64,000 nt of DNA from Parasitella parasitica NRRL 2501 (lineage: Eukaryota > Fungi > Mucoromycota): assembly GCA_025201805.1 (NCBI GenBank), contig MU619293.1, positions 123,823-187,822 on the forward strand. Reading direction: 5' to 3'. Every line of letters starts with the position of its first letter. Position 1 is the stretch's first letter. Of this stretch, positions 61,848 through 64,000 are shown in pieces. A model generated the notes under the pieces. It saw only the letters and a list, made by a program, of their open reading frames with translations. It had not been told where the DNA came from and searched no databases. Position numbers and translations under genes: made by a program.

Positions 61848-64000
61848 ATGAGTAATCATAATAATTATAGCCAAACCTAGAATATCAAATTTGGATCACT
61901 TAATTGTAGATATCTACTCAAAGTCAACAATCCCCAATTATCTGATTCTTTTATTCGGTATTTGAGGTTGCAAAAATTTGACATTTTTGCCTGCCAAGAA
62001 ACCCATATACCCTCACTACACTTTGAAGATCGGACAGCCATGCTCAACATGAAATTCCAATCTTATCAAAGCTTATGGACATCCCAATGTGGATTATTGA
62101 ATTTTAACAAGAATATCAACATGGAAAAAATACACTCCTCCAATGATGGTAGATTTATATTGGCGAAATTATCGGTACCTGCAGAGCCAAACTTTTTGCC
62201 TATATACGTACTCAACGTATATGCACCTGCGGATACTATACAAAACAAAACCGTTTTTTACAACAATTTGATAGCATATCTCAAATCGCTAGATAATTAT
62301 GGTGATATACTGGAACGTCTGATTCTTGCTGGTGATTTCAATTTTCAGTATGATTTACGATTGCCTGGCAACACACCTAGCAAGCAACCAACAGCATTTG
62401 TGAACTTTACAGATTCATTTCTGCATGACTGCAACAACAATTACAGCGATCCCTTTTTTGAAACTCTACCAACCTTTGTTCGAGGGCGAGTGATCAAAAC
62501 CCTCGACTATATCATGGTTGGTCGGCTTTTAAAAGATCTCTACTTTGACAACAACATCCAATACATTTCTCGTGAGTGGACAGATCACCATCTACTGACG
62601 GTCAGCTTGAAGATACAACTGTCGAATACTGGAAAAGGATTATGGCGAGCAAATCCAAACCTCGTTCATTATAAGTCTTATATTCAGAAGATTAACTCTG
62701 GTATTTCGCACTTTATGCAGAGCATCCTTGCTCATTCTTCTGATAGCAATCAAATCAAATGGGATCGCTTAAAAGGCTACGTTCGTAAGTTAACTAAAGC
62801 TTACTGCAGCAATCGTTCTTCCTGGCGAAAAGAACGCTTAAAAGAGCTTCAAAGCAAACGAAATCAACTGATGAGACAGTACAAACACGATCAAACGGCT
62901 TTGCAGGAACGCCTACCAAAGCTTGAACATAATATAGCGTATCTGGAACATGAACTGGCTCGAAATGCAAGCTTAAAAGCGGGTAGACGTTGGCTTGACA
63001 ACAACGAGAATTCAGCAGGTTTTCTGAAAGCGACTGGGGAACGTCGCCTTGCTCAGCGAAAGATGGACATTCTCATTCACCCCACCTCGAACGCCCTTTG
63101 CTCCTCTACAATGGAAAAGCTGGATGCGGTACATTCCTTTTATCATGTACTATACTCCCCAGAGCCAATTCATAGGTACTCAATGGATAAGTTGCTTAGA
63201 GGAATTCAGAAGACAATTTCTGTCGAAGACGCGGATTTCATTATCTCGCGTATAGATATCGATGATATCCTCCAATCTGCCGCTCGTTGTCCAAAGGTCA
63301 GCAGCCCTGGGCGGGACGGACTTCCATATCCTATCCTTCGTTTGATTTTGGCTCACCCTGAGTGTCAGAATTTGGCTCTTCAAATATATAATGACGCTTT
63401 AAATCTTGGTATCTTCCCTCCCTCTTGGCAGGAAACTTGCATAGTCCTCCTTCCAAAACAAGGAGACCTTAAGGATCTTGCCAATTGGAGGCCCATCTCC
63501 CTGATAAATACTGATTGCAAGGTATTCACTAGAATTTTGAATTCTCGGGTGATTGATGCTGCTAATCAGGTGATTACGCAACAACAAGCGGGTTTTATGC
63601 CTAACCGTTTTATTGGCGATCACGGCCTCGCTCTGCGAATTCTGATGGAAGACGCTCAACTATATTCCAACCGAGCTCTTGGGGTGGCCATCGATAGCGC
63701 TAAAGCATATGATTATGTCAACGAGAACTACATTTGCAAAGTATTGCAAAAGTTTGGTTTTCCCTCCACATTCATCACAAGCATTCGCAATTTGTTCTTT
63801 AAGAACCAAATAGTGATTAACGTTAACGGGTTTTTGACAGATTCTGTACAGCAGAAACGGGGACTACGCCAGGGGGATTCCATTTCTCCAGTGCTCTTTA
63901 ACTTTGCCTTGGAACCTCTACTGCTAGCCATCTTAAATGATCCCAATATCAAAGGATACTCCTTGAACACCAAAGCCGTCAAATCATCGAACCTTCAAGT
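61848..64000 (+). CDS. LINE ORF2 (AP endonuclease + reverse transcriptase), truncated by window end; in-frame TAG at codon 11
   Basis: Open from 61881 to 64000: FGSLNCR, CQETH, NVYAP, ILAGDFN, LDYI, WTDH (APE); SPGRDGLPY, LLPKQGD..NWRPISLINTDCK, QAGF, KAYD, RGLRQGDSISPVLF (RT). Confidence 0.93.

Larger units (their letters stand above)
60240..64000 (+). mobile_element. Two-ORF non-LTR retrotransposon, L1/Tx1 clade (Grem-LINE1-like)
   Basis: ORF1 with CCHC knuckles and ORF2 with APE-RT, separated by 5 nt. The 5' boundary is approximate and the 3' end lies outside the window. Confidence 0.88.

Overview
Eukaryotic, AT-rich fungal genomic DNA with short GT-AG introns (mostly 50-70 nt). The gene content and transposon types point to Mucorales (Mucor-like); this assignment is inference. 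Positions 1-56 kb are gene-rich, with about 23 protein-coding genes: RPB3, DCP1, a Cys-rich/TM/SH3 receptor-like protein, an ATF-type bZIP, a GT-A-like glycosyltransferase, VAC7, a PH protein, a G-protein gamma subunit missed by the ORF track, TMS1/SERINC, a DUF218 protein, a CrgA-like RING-LON protein, an HRI-like eIF2alpha kinase, an Mds3/Ral2-like Kelch-BTB protein, three tandem amino-acid transporters, DED1, a second PH protein, a GH16 Crh-like enzyme, QCR10, ERF2, a PLP aminotransferase and an AP-1-type bZIP. Decayed Tc1/mariner relics lie between them. The last ~8 kb has no recognisable host gene. It holds a LINE relic, an internally deleted Helitron with four tandem zinc-knuckle modules and a hairpin end, and a near-intact two-ORF L1/Tx1-type retrotransposon that runs off the window. 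Highlights: a fungal Dcp1 with apparently animal-type architecture (HLM plus trimerization domain), a Frizzled-like-CRD/SH3 single-pass receptor, a shared non-canonical Helitron terminus 48 kb apart, and microhomology-bounded deletions in a transposon end. Exon boundaries were read by eye, and family assignments rest on motif recognition without database searches.
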